Below, in pieces: positions 17,890-28,515 of a stretch of 64,000 bases of DNA. How positions within the stretch are numbered: position 1 is the first letter of the stretch; each line of letters opens with the position of its first letter. Origin of the DNA: an uncultured virus (IMG/VR IMGVR_UViG_3300025767_000014). Taxonomy: Duplodnaviria > Heunggongvirae > Uroviricota > Caudoviricetes. The stretch lies in IMG/VR virus record IMGVR_UViG_3300025767_000014; one strand, written 5' to 3'. The position numbers were made by a program, and so were the translations under genes. The notes under the pieces are model-generated. The model had not been told where the DNA came from. It saw only the letters and a program-made list of their open reading frames with translations, and did not search any database.

Positions 17890-20800
17890 ATGGGTGACTT
17901 TGATGCGTTGTTTCAAAAGACTAATATCTTAGCAGGTAGTGGTGGTCACACCTTTGCTGATGCAGATACACTTAGAAACGATGATGGTAACCTACTCCGT
18001 ATCCAAGGTTTAGAAGCAGCAGAGATTGCACACTTAACAGAGTCAGGCCTTCAATCAGGAACGGCTGGAGGCTCTGCTGCTACTGACCAAATTATTGCAC
18101 TAGCAAATAAGTTTGGTTTTAATAACGTACAATACTTAACAAACACTGATGGTAGTCCAATGATGGATGCCACCGGTACTCGTCAAATGGTACGTATTAA
18201 AGATGCTTCTGGTCGGGACTTTACTGAACAACTAACGCGCCATGGTATTAATGAGCTTGGCGCGTATAGTACTAACAATGAAATCATTACAGCTAAGCTT
18301 GGTATGGCTGACCGTGCAAGTAATCTTGATGAGCCTCTTAATGATTGGGAAAAAGCAGGGCTAGCAATTGAGCAAGCTACTACTAATGAAATGCGGTATG
18401 AGCAAGAGTTTAAACAAACCGCTCTTAACGAGCAAGCCCTAGCTAATCTTAATGCGCCTCAACAACCAGGTGAAACTGCAGAGATGTATGCTCTCCGTAA
18501 AGAAGAAGCTAATAAGTTTATTACTGCAGGCGTACAAGTTCGTAGTCTCGATCGTACATTAGATAATCAAGCTGTTAACCCATTAAGTGAAAGCTTCGAT
18601 GTTGGTTTGACAGGGGTTGTTGAAGCAATGTACGGTGTTGCTGATCTGACCGGAGAAACAACCGGTTGGAACTGGCTAGAGAATCTTGGGGAAGCAGGTA
18701 TCTCTCGTCAACGTGCATACCTTGCATCTAAACCAGAACTTAAGCTAAGCGCATTAAAACCAATCGTTGATAAAGACGGTAATGTCACTGGGAATGAATG
18801 GGATATTGATGGGCTTGGGGATTTCTTTCAATACCTCGGTAACAACGCCGCTGTCTCTATACCTTATATGGCTGTTACAGTTGGTGGTACATTAGCTGCA
18901 CCCGTAACTGGCGGTGCTTCTTTAACTGTTCCCGCTGCAATGTATACTGGTCAAACTTGGAATGAAATGGAAGGCGAAGATCGTAGTGCATCTATTGCTA
19001 TTGCTGCAGGTGTAACTCAAGCCGCTCTTGATCGTCTTGGTTTAGCGGGTATAATGTCAGGAGCAAACATTCTTAAGAAAGAAACTAGGGATGCTGCTGT
19101 TGCTGCCATAGTGACACGCGACGGTGTTTCAGAAACTGTTGCTAAAAATATGATTGCTAATGCTACTAGATTAGAAATAGCTAACTTTGCAGGTGCTGCA
19201 GCGGATGTTGCTCAACAGCAATTAAAAGCACGTAATGTACTTCGTAGCTTTATGGCTAGCTCTAGTAAAGGTATGTTAACTGAATCTGTTACTGAAGCAG
19301 CTCAAGAAGCTACTGGTTATATGGCAGCTGTTGTTGGTAGTGATAAAGTATTTGATGCAGTCGAACTTGAAAATCGTTTGCTTAATGCTACGATTGCAGG
19401 TGGCTCATTAGGTGCAGGCTTTGCTATACCTGGTGTTGCTTATGATGCAGGAGCTTGGGCGGATGTTGCAGTTAGGCAAGCGCCAGCTGAAGCTAAAAGA
19501 TTATCTAAGCAAGGACAAAGAGCTGAAGAAGAAATCCAAAGATACGGTAGGGTTAAAAGTATTATTGAGTTGAATAATGAAACAACTCAGGCTATTGCTG
19601 CACGTGGCTATCGGGGTTCAACCTTTGAGCAAAAGAAAGCGTCAGCTAACTTAGCAAAATTAAATCGTACAGTTTTTGGGCAACTAAAAGATGCATGGCA
19701 AAATATCCCAGCATTATGGCGTGGATCTGTGCGGCATATTATTAACCAGCCCTTACAAGATCAGTCGCGAGCAATGCGTATCATAGCTGATACCTTTGGT
19801 GGTAACTTACAGCGTACATTTTCAGGATCAAACTTTGAGAATAATAAGCACCACTTACTAACTGAATATCGTAACATGGTTAAAACACCGGCTGAGTGGG
19901 CTCAGGCAGCTGGTATGAAAACCGTTAATCAACCAGAGCTGTCTCGTATTGTTGATAGCTTTAGTCAATGGTTAGGTAATCAAACAGGTACTATTAATTG
20001 GGATGCCTTACCAGCTAACCTTCAACAGCATAGATCATGGCTATCACAATACTACCAGCAGGTAAATACATTAAGTAATAAACTTTATAATGACCAACAA
20101 GCAGCGGCAGCTAGAAACAATAAGCCAGCTACATTAGGTTATGTTACAAACTACTTATTTAAATATAAAGCATTTAATAAAGCAAACATTGAAAAGAATA
20201 GAAATGGTTTTATCCAAAAGTTAATGGATAACTATCGATATACTAGAGATGAAGCCGCTGAGTTAGCTGATAATATTCTTAATCAAGATACATTATTAGG
20301 TGAGCAAGATGCGTTTAATGTTGGTAACGGTCGGTTTATTCCGGCTGCGCACCGTCGTCGAACACTTAATCTTTCTGAGAACCCAGAGTTTTCTGAGTTT
20401 ATGGAATCAGATGCTTTTGTAAATATGTCGAATGCTGCAAAGTCTGCGGCTCGTTACATTACATACCAAGATTATCTCGGTGACAATAATGAAAAGATTA
20501 ATGAGTTGCTTAATCAAGCTATTGAAGAAGGCGTACCTGCAGCTGAAGTAAATAAGGTTGCCTCACAAATGCAAGATTATCTTGATGCTGAATCAGGTAA
20601 CTATAAACGTATGAAGAATAGAACCCTTGCAAGTATTCAAAAGAACCTTGGTATTTGGACAACAATTGCTGGTCTCCCTCTTGCAACCCTTTCTTCATTT
20701 GTTGAATTAGCTATTACAGTTATTGGCTTACCAAAAGGAATGGTATTTAAAACTGTCCGTAATGCTGCTAAAGAAATGGCTCAAGCATTATGGGGAACAA

Positions 20801-21804
20801 TGACTGACCCAAGATATAATTCTACTAATCGACAGGTTGGTAAAGAACAACGGCAAAGTAATATTAAAAGACTAGGGTTCTTTGACTGGGACGTTGGTGC
20901 TGCACAATCTGTTGGTGCCACAGAAAATACCCATGCTTCACGGCACTTATTAGATAAGTACTTTAAGATTATTGGATTGCAGCAGTGGACAGACTACACT
21001 CGTAGTGTTCGTGCATCAATTGCTAATGATTTTATTATGAATCATCTTGCTACTATCCAAGATCATCGTGATTCTGGCGGAGTTAAAACAAATGATGTGC
21101 AAGAATCTGAAGAGCATCTACGTAATCTTGGTATTAATGTTGATGACATGCTTGCGCTAGTATATCAGCCAGGTCCGTGGTCTGCAGAACAAACACAGAA
21201 CTTTGATCGCATGATGCTTGAGGCTGAGTTCAGCTTTGTCAATATGGCAATTGCGTTACCAGGTACAGCTAACCGTCCTTTGTTTTATCAGAACCAACAC
21301 CTTGCATTGTTCACACAGTTTCAAGGTTTCATTGCTACGTTTACTGCGAATCAAATTCCAAAAATGTGGGGTGAGTATATAAAGCGTGGTACTCCTGCAA
21401 TGAAGTACAATGCCTTTGCTGTAATGATGACAATGCTTATGTTAGGATTTGTATCACAGTATCTTAAAGACCTACTTAAATATGGTGAGCCATCTCCGTA
21501 TCTCGACGATATGGAAAAGCTACAACGTGCTGTAGGATCTTCTGGATTACTTGGTACTGGTGAGCGCGTACTTAATTTTATATATCCAATCTATGAATCA
21601 TCATCTGACAATGCAGCTGAGTGGTTCTTTAATACGGTTTCGGGTGAGGCTGCTGCACTATCTAACGTCGCTCGTGTTTATGGCGGTGCAGGTAAAATCA
21701 TTGAAGGCAGACCGGAGAAAGGTGTATATGACATACTTAAAACGGCCCCATTTGTGGGACCATTCAATCAACTTAATAGATCAATCGCTAGCATATTCGA
21801 ATAG
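17890..21804 (+). CDS. Large internal virion (DNA ejection) protein
   Basis: 1304 aa, helical and Ala-rich, in a T7 gp16-like position. Confidence 0.6.
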   Translation: MGDFDALFQKTNILAGSGGHTFADADTLRNDDGNLLRIQGLEAAEIAHLTESGLQSGTAGGSAATDQIIALANKFGFNNVQYLTNTDGSPMMDATGTRQMVRIKDASGRDFTEQLTRHGINELGAYSTNNEIITAKLGMADRASNLDEPLNDWEKAGLAIEQATTNEMRYEQEFKQTALNEQALANLNAPQQPGETAEMYALRKEEANKFITAGVQVRSLDRTLDNQAVNPLSESFDVGLTGVVEAMYGVADLTGETTGWNWLENLGEAGISRQRAYLASKPELKLSALKPIVDKDGNVTGNEWDIDGLGDFFQYLGNNAAVSIPYMAVTVGGTLAAPVTGGASLTVPAAMYTGQTWNEMEGEDRSASIAIAAGVTQAALDRLGLAGIMSGANILKKETRDAAVAAIVTRDGVSETVAKNMIANATRLEIANFAGAAADVAQQQLKARNVLRSFMASSSKGMLTESVTEAAQEATGYMAAVVGSDKVFDAVELENRLLNATIAGGSLGAGFAIPGVAYDAGAWADVAVRQAPAEAKRLSKQGQRAEEEIQRYGRVKSIIELNNETTQAIAARGYRGSTFEQKKASANLAKLNRTVFGQLKDAWQNIPALWRGSVRHIINQPLQDQSRAMRIIADTFGGNLQRTFSGSNFENNKHHLLTEYRNMVKTPAEWAQAAGMKTVNQPELSRIVDSFSQWLGNQTGTINWDALPANLQQHRSWLSQYYQQVNTLSNKLYNDQQAAAARNNKPATLGYVTNYLFKYKAFNKANIEKNRNGFIQKLMDNYRYTRDEAAELADNILNQDTLLGEQDAFNVGNGRFIPAAHRRRTLNLSENPEFSEFMESDAFVNMSNAAKSAARYITYQDYLGDNNEKINELLNQAIEEGVPAAEVNKVASQMQDYLDAESGNYKRMKNRTLASIQKNLGIWTTIAGLPLATLSSFVELAITVIGLPKGMVFKTVRNAAKEMAQALWGTMTDPRYNSTNRQVGKEQRQSNIKRLGFFDWDVGAAQSVGATENTHASRHLLDKYFKIIGLQQWTDYTRSVRASIANDFIMNHLATIQDHRDSGGVKTNDVQESEEHLRNLGINVDDMLALVYQPGPWSAEQTQNFDRMMLEAEFSFVNMAIALPGTANRPLFYQNQHLALFTQFQGFIATFTANQIPKMWGEYIKRGTPAMKYNAFAVMMTMLMLGFVSQYLKDLLKYGEPSPYLDDMEKLQRAVGSSGLLGTGERVLNFIYPIYESSSDNAAEWFFNTVSGEAAALSNVARVYGGAGKIIEGRPEKGVYDILKTAPFVGPFNQLNRSIASIFE

Positions 21805-21815
21805 GAGGATAGCAC

Positions 21816-24800
21816 ATGTCTAAATTTTCAGGACCTAGTGTACTACCGGGTGGCCAAGTTACGCTACCCACTGAAGGAAAGGTTAGCGATTTTACAGAAA
21901 TCTTAGCAAGACCCCTTCCAGTTTCAGAGCCCACCACAGCTCCTGAAGCAGGAGGGGCTGCTATTCCTACCCAGCCAATTGATGCTATGATTCAGGATGC
22001 TGTTAACTATGAAGCGGACAAAGAGGCTGGTGGTGGAGGTCCTATGGCCGTTGAAGGTGCTCCTATGGAGTTACCTACAGAGCTTCCTGGTGCTTCGGTC
22101 GCTGGTCCTTCTTTAGCGGAGCAGGTTGCACCAGGTGCGGTAGCTCCGGCTACTGCTCCGGTTATTCCAGAATCATTAGCCGCTGAACAGCGAGAGCGTG
22201 AAAGAGTACGACCACTTACAGAAGTTTTAAAGATAACGAGTTTATCTCCAGCTTCTTTTAAGAAAGGTATGCCGGTTCAGGTTGCGCTAGAGCGTGCTGA
22301 AAATACCTCTAGTGTATTGAACACTGACCTTGCTGCTTCTCTCACTATGGCTGAAGGACAAACAATTAGCACATTCCCTGAAGCTACGCTTTCTCGTACT
22401 GTTAAAGAAACCGGTGAATTAATTAAACCAGCTATCCCCTTAACCAAAGGTTCTAATGTATCGCTTACAGCTAAAAGTATTTTCTTTGATCCCCGTGTAT
22501 TAGATGCTGGTAAATATAATGAAGAAACCGGTCGTATCGGGGTTGATCCAGAGTTCTCAAAGATTATGTCTTTAACCACTGAGGCTTATCTTCATAATCA
22601 AATGTATAGTAATGAGGAAGCTGAGGGTCAAACAGATACTGATGCTTTTGAAGCTGTTGATGTGGCTGAACCGCAAATACCAGGTGTGCCTACAACTCGA
22701 GCGCCTAAGGCTAAAGGGCGGGAAAGATTAGGTAGAGAAATTTATCAGTCATGGAAAAGACAGCAAGCTACAAACCAAGGTCGTCCATCCGATGATTATT
22801 TAAAAGACATTGATGCTATTCCTTCAGATACGTTTACTTTCTTAGGTGACCTTGCTAAAGAAGTGTATGCCCGCGCTAATCCTGATATTTTGTTACGAGA
22901 TGATAGTGAAGTTGGTGTACCAGGTGGGCAAGTATACTTTCAGTTAACTACTGAAGGTGCAATGGAACTTGATCGGTTAAATGAAAGTTTTAAAGCATTG
23001 TTTGCACAACCTGAAGTACCACCATTAACTGCGCCATCTGAAGATGCTCAACCGGTTTATGAAGCCCGCACAAGAGTTCGTAAGGTTACTACAAAGGTTG
23101 GGGACTTAGGGAATATTGATACGCTAAACCAATCTATTAAAAATTATAATAAAGTTGCGTATGTCAATGACCCTGCTAGAGAGAATGTAACTATGATGGT
23201 TGGGTTGCTGGGTCTTTTGAATGCAAACGTAGCTACTAACCAATCATACTCAGACATGCTAGGTGTAGGTGACAAAGCACTTGCAGAAGCTAGGAATGAA
23301 AAGAAGCGGCTATCTAACGCAGCTAACCGAGCGTTCGATGATGAGCAGCGCCAAGAGCTTCTTAGGAAAGCTAATCTTTATGACCCTGTAAAAATCGTTC
23401 AAGCTGAGCGTGAAAAGACGGTCAACATATTAGCTGGACTAGCTCGATACTCTGGTAAGAAAAACCATCTTACGTTTTCTATTCAGGGTTTAACCGGACG
23501 TACCCATGTCCAACAAACAATCTATAATCCGCAATCACACAAAGTTATCCGCGGTGCTGTAGGTGGTGGTAACGTATTCAAATGGGAAGCTGGTAAGGGC
23601 GGTGCTTTAGAAGCTGCTTGGAAAGAAACCATAGCTACTAGGTTATTTAAGAAGGAAGGGTTTGCTAAGACTGCAGAACTGAGTGAAGCTGAACGTATCA
23701 AATTGTTTAATGAAAACCAGCAAGGTAACACTGGTGCATACGTTCAAGCAGTAGCTTGGGGTAATGAACTCCTTAATGCTTCTAAGAACTTTGATGTAGA
23801 TGCTGCAAAAGAAATAATTGTTAGACTACGTAATTCAAATACACCTGAAGAAGCTAGAGCAATTAAACTAGAAATGCAACAGCGCTTTAGTAATGACCCG
23901 CTCTCTGCAAACTTAAAGGCAGAGCTAGCAAGACATGGTAAAGAGTTTGGGTTCTTCGCTGGCTACTATATGGAGTTAGCTAAGTACGACAAAGCAATCC
24001 GTAGTAACGCACCAGATGGCAAGCAGTTCACCTCAACAATTACTGTTGAGATGGATGGTAAGACACACGGTCCAGCTACAAATGCTGCGCTACTTGGTAT
24101 CCCAGAGATGGCTAAGCGTGGTGGTTTAATTCGTACCCAGGATCTTACAGCTACTGATGAGATTGATTTGCGTATTGCAATGAAAGATTACATGCAAAGC
24201 AATGTTGCTAAGCAGGCTGGTGCTCTCTACTCGGCGGAGCATGCTGCAGAGTATTCTGAAATCTTAAATCTTGCAGTTCAAGATAAAGAAAACTTCCTTA
24301 AGAAGTCACCTATGACTATGGGTTACGGACAGGAACTGCAATCACTTAAGATGCATGTAGATACTACCGTATTTACTGGGCCTAATGGTGATCAGATCAG
24401 AGCTATCGGTAATACAATAAAGGCTACACCTGATGAGATCATTGATTTTCTTCATGCGATGCTTGTTGATTCTATCTTTAACGTGCTTGATGCAAAGGTG
24501 GTAGCAGCCGGTAGGTTGCTTAAAGCAAATGCCTTTTACTCTATCATTACTAATGAAGTACTTTACTTTGATAATGCTATGGGTTTCCGAAGCTATGCTG
24601 CTGGTAAGCAGATGGTTCCTGAGCTTACTGAACAGACATCCTTTTCATTTAGACCTGAGGAAGGTCAAAGCAAAGGTAAGAAGGTTTCAGTACAGCTGTA
24701 TCGTGAACGAGCAGAGGGTTCTGCAGTTCGTCCAGAGCTAGGCCCAGGAGGTTATACCACTGGTCGTATCCAGCCAGTTGCAGTGCAGTCTTACGATGGC

Positions 24801-25472
24801 AATATGATATCTCGTACAGGTAGCGATGCATCTTGGAAAACAATTACAGATAATGTACCACAAGGTGCTGATCCATTTGTTCTTCCAATCTTTGATGCTT
24901 ATGTTGTAGACTTAGGTACACTAGCCTCTGTTAGACAAGAAGCTAACCGGCATTGGTATAATGGTATTGCTAATCATAGCTACACTAATGAGATCTTTAC
25001 TAACTGGTATCAGCAAACATCTCAGGAAGTTAAAAAGAAACTTCTTGATGGTGGTAATGCAGAGCTAGAGGTAGATTGGAAGGCAGCTGGTGAAGGCCAA
25101 GGTCCTTTCCGTGGGTTAGCGTTTCAATTTCAAAGTGCAAAAGGTGGTAGGCATCTTAATCTACGTCAATCTTTTAAGCGTACTATGCAGTTTAGAGCAA
25201 AGAAGTCTGGTGAATCTGTAGAGGAGTATATGAAGTTCATTGGTGGAACAGCTACTAAAGTTACTAAAGAAGTACTAAAGCGAATCGCTGATGCAGATAT
25301 TGATATTAGCTCAGACAAGTTAACTAACCGTGAAGTGTTTACTATAATTAATATTATAACGAATGCTAATGGATTGTCTACTAGAAATGTTAGTGCTTCT
25401 AAGCTGATCGAAGCTGATAAGAAAGACATGCTTGCTATGGTCCGTAAAGAACCACGCAACGTAGACCTCTAG
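21816..25472 (+). CDS. Divergent single-subunit RNA polymerase, N4 vRNAP-like, probably virion-packaged
   Basis: Motifs in the correct order: LTGRTHV (T/DxxGR), VEMDGKTHGP (motif A Asp), K-x7-YG in LKKSPMTMGYG (motif B), PVAVQSYDG (T7 PNFVHSQDG), LPIFDAY (motif C Asp). Last gene of the internal-protein block. Confidence 0.8.
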   Translation: MSKFSGPSVLPGGQVTLPTEGKVSDFTEILARPLPVSEPTTAPEAGGAAIPTQPIDAMIQDAVNYEADKEAGGGGPMAVEGAPMELPTELPGASVAGPSLAEQVAPGAVAPATAPVIPESLAAEQRERERVRPLTEVLKITSLSPASFKKGMPVQVALERAENTSSVLNTDLAASLTMAEGQTISTFPEATLSRTVKETGELIKPAIPLTKGSNVSLTAKSIFFDPRVLDAGKYNEETGRIGVDPEFSKIMSLTTEAYLHNQMYSNEEAEGQTDTDAFEAVDVAEPQIPGVPTTRAPKAKGRERLGREIYQSWKRQQATNQGRPSDDYLKDIDAIPSDTFTFLGDLAKEVYARANPDILLRDDSEVGVPGGQVYFQLTTEGAMELDRLNESFKALFAQPEVPPLTAPSEDAQPVYEARTRVRKVTTKVGDLGNIDTLNQSIKNYNKVAYVNDPARENVTMMVGLLGLLNANVATNQSYSDMLGVGDKALAEARNEKKRLSNAANRAFDDEQRQELLRKANLYDPVKIVQAEREKTVNILAGLARYSGKKNHLTFSIQGLTGRTHVQQTIYNPQSHKVIRGAVGGGNVFKWEAGKGGALEAAWKETIATRLFKKEGFAKTAELSEAERIKLFNENQQGNTGAYVQAVAWGNELLNASKNFDVDAAKEIIVRLRNSNTPEEARAIKLEMQQRFSNDPLSANLKAELARHGKEFGFFAGYYMELAKYDKAIRSNAPDGKQFTSTITVEMDGKTHGPATNAALLGIPEMAKRGGLIRTQDLTATDEIDLRIAMKDYMQSNVAKQAGALYSAEHAAEYSEILNLAVQDKENFLKKSPMTMGYGQELQSLKMHVDTTVFTGPNGDQIRAIGNTIKATPDEIIDFLHAMLVDSIFNVLDAKVVAAGRLLKANAFYSIITNEVLYFDNAMGFRSYAAGKQMVPELTEQTSFSFRPEEGQSKGKKVSVQLYRERAEGSAVRPELGPGGYTTGRIQPVAVQSYDGNMISRTGSDASWKTITDNVPQGADPFVLPIFDAYVVDLGTLASVRQEANRHWYNGIANHSYTNEIFTNWYQQTSQEVKKKLLDGGNAELEVDWKAAGEGQGPFRGLAFQFQSAKGGRHLNLRQSFKRTMQFRAKKSGESVEEYMKFIGGTATKVTKEVLKRIADADIDISSDKLTNREVFTIINIITNANGLSTRNVSASKLIEADKKDMLAMVRKEPRNVDL

Positions 25473-25495
25473 CTGCATGTAATCCCTAAGGTTGC

Positions 25496-25551
25496 AAAAA
25501 AAAATAACCCCTGAGAATACCGTAATGGTACTCTCAGGGGCTTTTTTATTT
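25496..25551. terminator. Bidirectional intrinsic terminator between the convergent arms
   Basis: A-tract, CCCCTGAGAATACC/GGTACTCTCAGGGG stem, then T-tract. Confidence 0.9.
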
Positions 25552-25667
25552 CTTATATATCCTCATCATCTTCTTCTAATTCAATAAGAATAAAATGACG
25601 ATTGCTAATAAACACAATGGTCCATAAACATAAACTAGATATAAGAAAGAACGGTGCTACGGCTAAA

Positions 25668-25925
25668 TCAATTATCATCGATTTTACGGTAGGCTTCTTG
25701 TTTCCAGTCTCTTGCATATCGCTCACCATCTTCTCCTTTGTTAGCGTAGTATTCTTGTACGCGTTTATATTCTGTTTCAATAATCAACTCATCGAGTTGT
25801 CTGTCAGTCATTTTATCGGCTAAAGATTCGTCCATCTTTAATTCACGCAATGCTGTTTTGTTATCGGGTTCAAGCCCTAAACGAACCGGGAGAATCCCCG
25901 GTTGTTTACGCGAAGAAGTAGTCAC
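25668..25925 (-). CDS. Hypothetical protein
   Basis: 85-aa ORF overlapping the RNAP stop codon. Confidence 0.6.
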   Translation of the reverse strand: MTTSSRKQPGILPVRLGLEPDNKTALRELKMDESLADKMTDRQLDELIIETEYKRVQEYYANKGEDGERYARDWKQEAYRKIDDN

Positions 25926-28098
25926 TGTTGTATACCTCTCTTATCTCCAAGGCACCTAGGCCTGGTTGTGGATGGTTAAAATTATTTGGATTAGTGATAA
26001 TCATTTGTTGTATAACTGTAAAGAAGTTATCGTAGTCATACATGTCTACAAATTTATCTTTAATTATTTCTAATAGATCATCAATGTCACAGGCATGTAC
26101 ACTAAATGAATCATGGATAGCACCAAAGTCGCTGCCCCATTCTTTAATTACCTGTGCCATATGTGCAGCATCCATAGAGTGCACAAAGTTTGGTGAGATA
26201 CCAGACATGAATGAGCGTATCTTAGGCTTGTCTGTATTCTCTTTACCTACATGTTGGATACGTATGGTATCAGTCAGTTCTTCTGTACCATCTTCCTTAC
26301 GGATTACCGGCTTAACCTTACGTTCACTGCAGCTAATGGTAGCCTTCTCTTTGAACTCGTTATCTATGAATGCTTCGTAGATAACAGGGAAGCCTGATGG
26401 TGTTGTCCAGTTGATAGACTTCTGATGTGTTTCTTTAGCGTAGTCTGAAGCAATTTCTGCCTCAGCTATTTTCTGTAGAAACTTCATAGTCTGTAGTGGA
26501 CCTGCACATACCTCATCGATTGCTTTAACTAAATGCTTAGCAAGCAGTTGGCAATCTTCCTTAGAGATATTGTACTTATCGAGGTAACCCTCTGCATGAC
26601 AATCCATATACATGTTCTCAGCTATCTTTAATGCACCCGCACTATAGGCACGGGTCATTGAACCACGCTTAGCAATACCTTTACGTATATGTTTCATGGG
26701 CATCTGGCGCTCGCTGAACCACTCTGGTAATCTAGTAATAAGATTCTTAGCACACTGTACATAGAAGTCTTTCTGGATCTCCTGAGGAACTACCCCTACT
26801 AGCTCACCAGCTTCTTTATCTTTAGACATTGCACACAAATGTTGCCATCCGTTGTTGCTACCATCTACTGGGATTGGGAGATACGTATAGTAGTCTTCAT
26901 CAGATTGAAGTGCATTATAGATTTCTAATACACATGCAAGAAGTGTGATTGGTTTTTCAGCTGATAACTCAATACGTTCTTCAGCTGCAATTTCCATTAG
27001 CATATCTATATTATTATCAGTCCATGCTTCACGGTCTTCAAGCGTCATCTTATCCACTGAGATATCCTCTAAGCCTTCATCTTTAAGGCAGGGTAAGTAA
27101 TCAGTAGATAGCCAATCAGGTAGGTTATCTTTATTGTATGTTTGATTGTAGCAACATGCAATATGTATTTTCAATCTTCTTAAACCTGCTTCGGTCATTG
27201 GTTTACCAGTAGCAAATAACATTTGTCCTCTGGCAATGTCATTACTTTGAAAGTTTAAGAAGGGTGTGGTGTAATAAATACGTCCACGATAATCCGCTTC
27301 AGTATATTGATAAAAGGTATGGTCATTTATTAATTCAGACCGTGCCATTGTTAAATCAAATTCAATTACCTTAGACTTATATTTCTTTGGTAAGTGTTTG
27401 TGTTGATCTAATATCTTTTCTCGATTACGATTTAAGATATCCCGTATCTGTGTATTAATTTTCCACGGAGTTTGTTGTAGAACATTCATGCTTTTAACAA
27501 AGTCGCGACTGAGATATTGCATAAACTCATTGCCCCTTTGTTCAGTCCAGCCTTTAATAACTGGGCGTTCTGTTGGTTGCATAAGTTCTGAAATATCTTC
27601 AGGCTTTTCAAATACCGTACCAAGTAATAAGTTTTTAGAACCTGCTGGAATCTCTAAGTTCCATAGTTCTGGTACAACAATATAGTGAGTACGACTTCGT
27701 TTTAACCCACGGTCTAGACCTTCCATTGGTACAAAGCTATCATCTTTATTTTTACCAATGTTAATCTGATGTGTTTGATAGAACGCTTCAAGAAACAAAT
27801 CACCCATCATTACACGTAGCTTAAACCATTCCCAAGGTGGTTGATCATCGTGATAGTATTTAATATCATCGAGGATGTGTGCACCAACTGTAGTACTCAA
27901 GTGAGTAAGGTTAGCTTCACCTTGGTATGATTTGTTTCCACGTATACTGTTGCGAGTAAAGTGTTGTTGAATTGTATCCATTGTAAACACGAGGTAGGCT
28001 TTAAGGTCATCTTCAGTTGTTAACTTCAGTAGACTACAAGCAATATGCGCTTTAGCTTTTCTTATCTTCTCCGTCAGGTATTGGAGTTGTGCTTGCAT
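25906..28098 (-). CDS. T7-like single-subunit DNA-directed RNA polymerase (730 aa)
   Basis: DYRGRIY, PVDGSNNGWQHL, RKGIAKRGSMTRAY, WTTPSGFPV, SPNFVHSMDA and IHDSF motifs. Confidence 0.95.
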   Translation of the reverse strand: MQAQLQYLTEKIRKAKAHIACSLLKLTTEDDLKAYLVFTMDTIQQHFTRNSIRGNKSYQGEANLTHLSTTVGAHILDDIKYYHDDQPPWEWFKLRVMMGDLFLEAFYQTHQINIGKNKDDSFVPMEGLDRGLKRSRTHYIVVPELWNLEIPAGSKNLLLGTVFEKPEDISELMQPTERPVIKGWTEQRGNEFMQYLSRDFVKSMNVLQQTPWKINTQIRDILNRNREKILDQHKHLPKKYKSKVIEFDLTMARSELINDHTFYQYTEADYRGRIYYTTPFLNFQSNDIARGQMLFATGKPMTEAGLRRLKIHIACCYNQTYNKDNLPDWLSTDYLPCLKDEGLEDISVDKMTLEDREAWTDNNIDMLMEIAAEERIELSAEKPITLLACVLEIYNALQSDEDYYTYLPIPVDGSNNGWQHLCAMSKDKEAGELVGVVPQEIQKDFYVQCAKNLITRLPEWFSERQMPMKHIRKGIAKRGSMTRAYSAGALKIAENMYMDCHAEGYLDKYNISKEDCQLLAKHLVKAIDEVCAGPLQTMKFLQKIAEAEIASDYAKETHQKSINWTTPSGFPVIYEAFIDNEFKEKATISCSERKVKPVIRKEDGTEELTDTIRIQHVGKENTDKPKIRSFMSGISPNFVHSMDAAHMAQVIKEWGSDFGAIHDSFSVHACDIDDLLEIIKDKFVDMYDYDNFFTVIQQMIITNPNNFNHPQPGLGALEIREVYNSDYFFA

Positions 28099-28513
28099 AT
28101 TTAATCCTATCTATTGACATGCGAGATACAGGCATTAGTAATAAGATACCTGTTTCATCTTTATACTTATCAGCAAAAACCACTCGGCTAATGCCACTTT
28201 GTAATATTAGTTTAGCACATTCTATACACGGTGAAAGTGTACAGTATAGTGTTGCATCTTCAGAAGACCCTGTGCTTTTAGCTAGCTTACATATTGCATT
28301 AGCTTCAGCGTGGATTACTTCTTTATGGGTTGCACCATTGGCATGCTTGCAGTCATTCGACATGCCCGAAGGCATGCCGTTATAACCCATACTAAGTATG
28401 TTACCGTCTTTAACAATTACAGCACCAACTTTTGTATCTTCATCGTGACTCATTTGTGCTACACGAAATGCAATATCCATAAATAATTGATCAAGTTTTA
28501 ATTGTGTTGGCAT
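28052..28513 (-). CDS. dCMP deaminase
   Basis: HAEANAI and PCIEC zinc motifs; KVGAVIV..GYNG. Confidence 0.92.
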   Translation of the reverse strand: MPTQLKLDQLFMDIAFRVAQMSHDEDTKVGAVIVKDGNILSMGYNGMPSGMSNDCKHANGATHKEVIHAEANAICKLAKSTGSSEDATLYCTLSPCIECAKLILQSGISRVVFADKYKDETGILLLMPVSRMSIDRIKYASTTPIPDGEDKKS

Positions 28514-28515
28514 AA

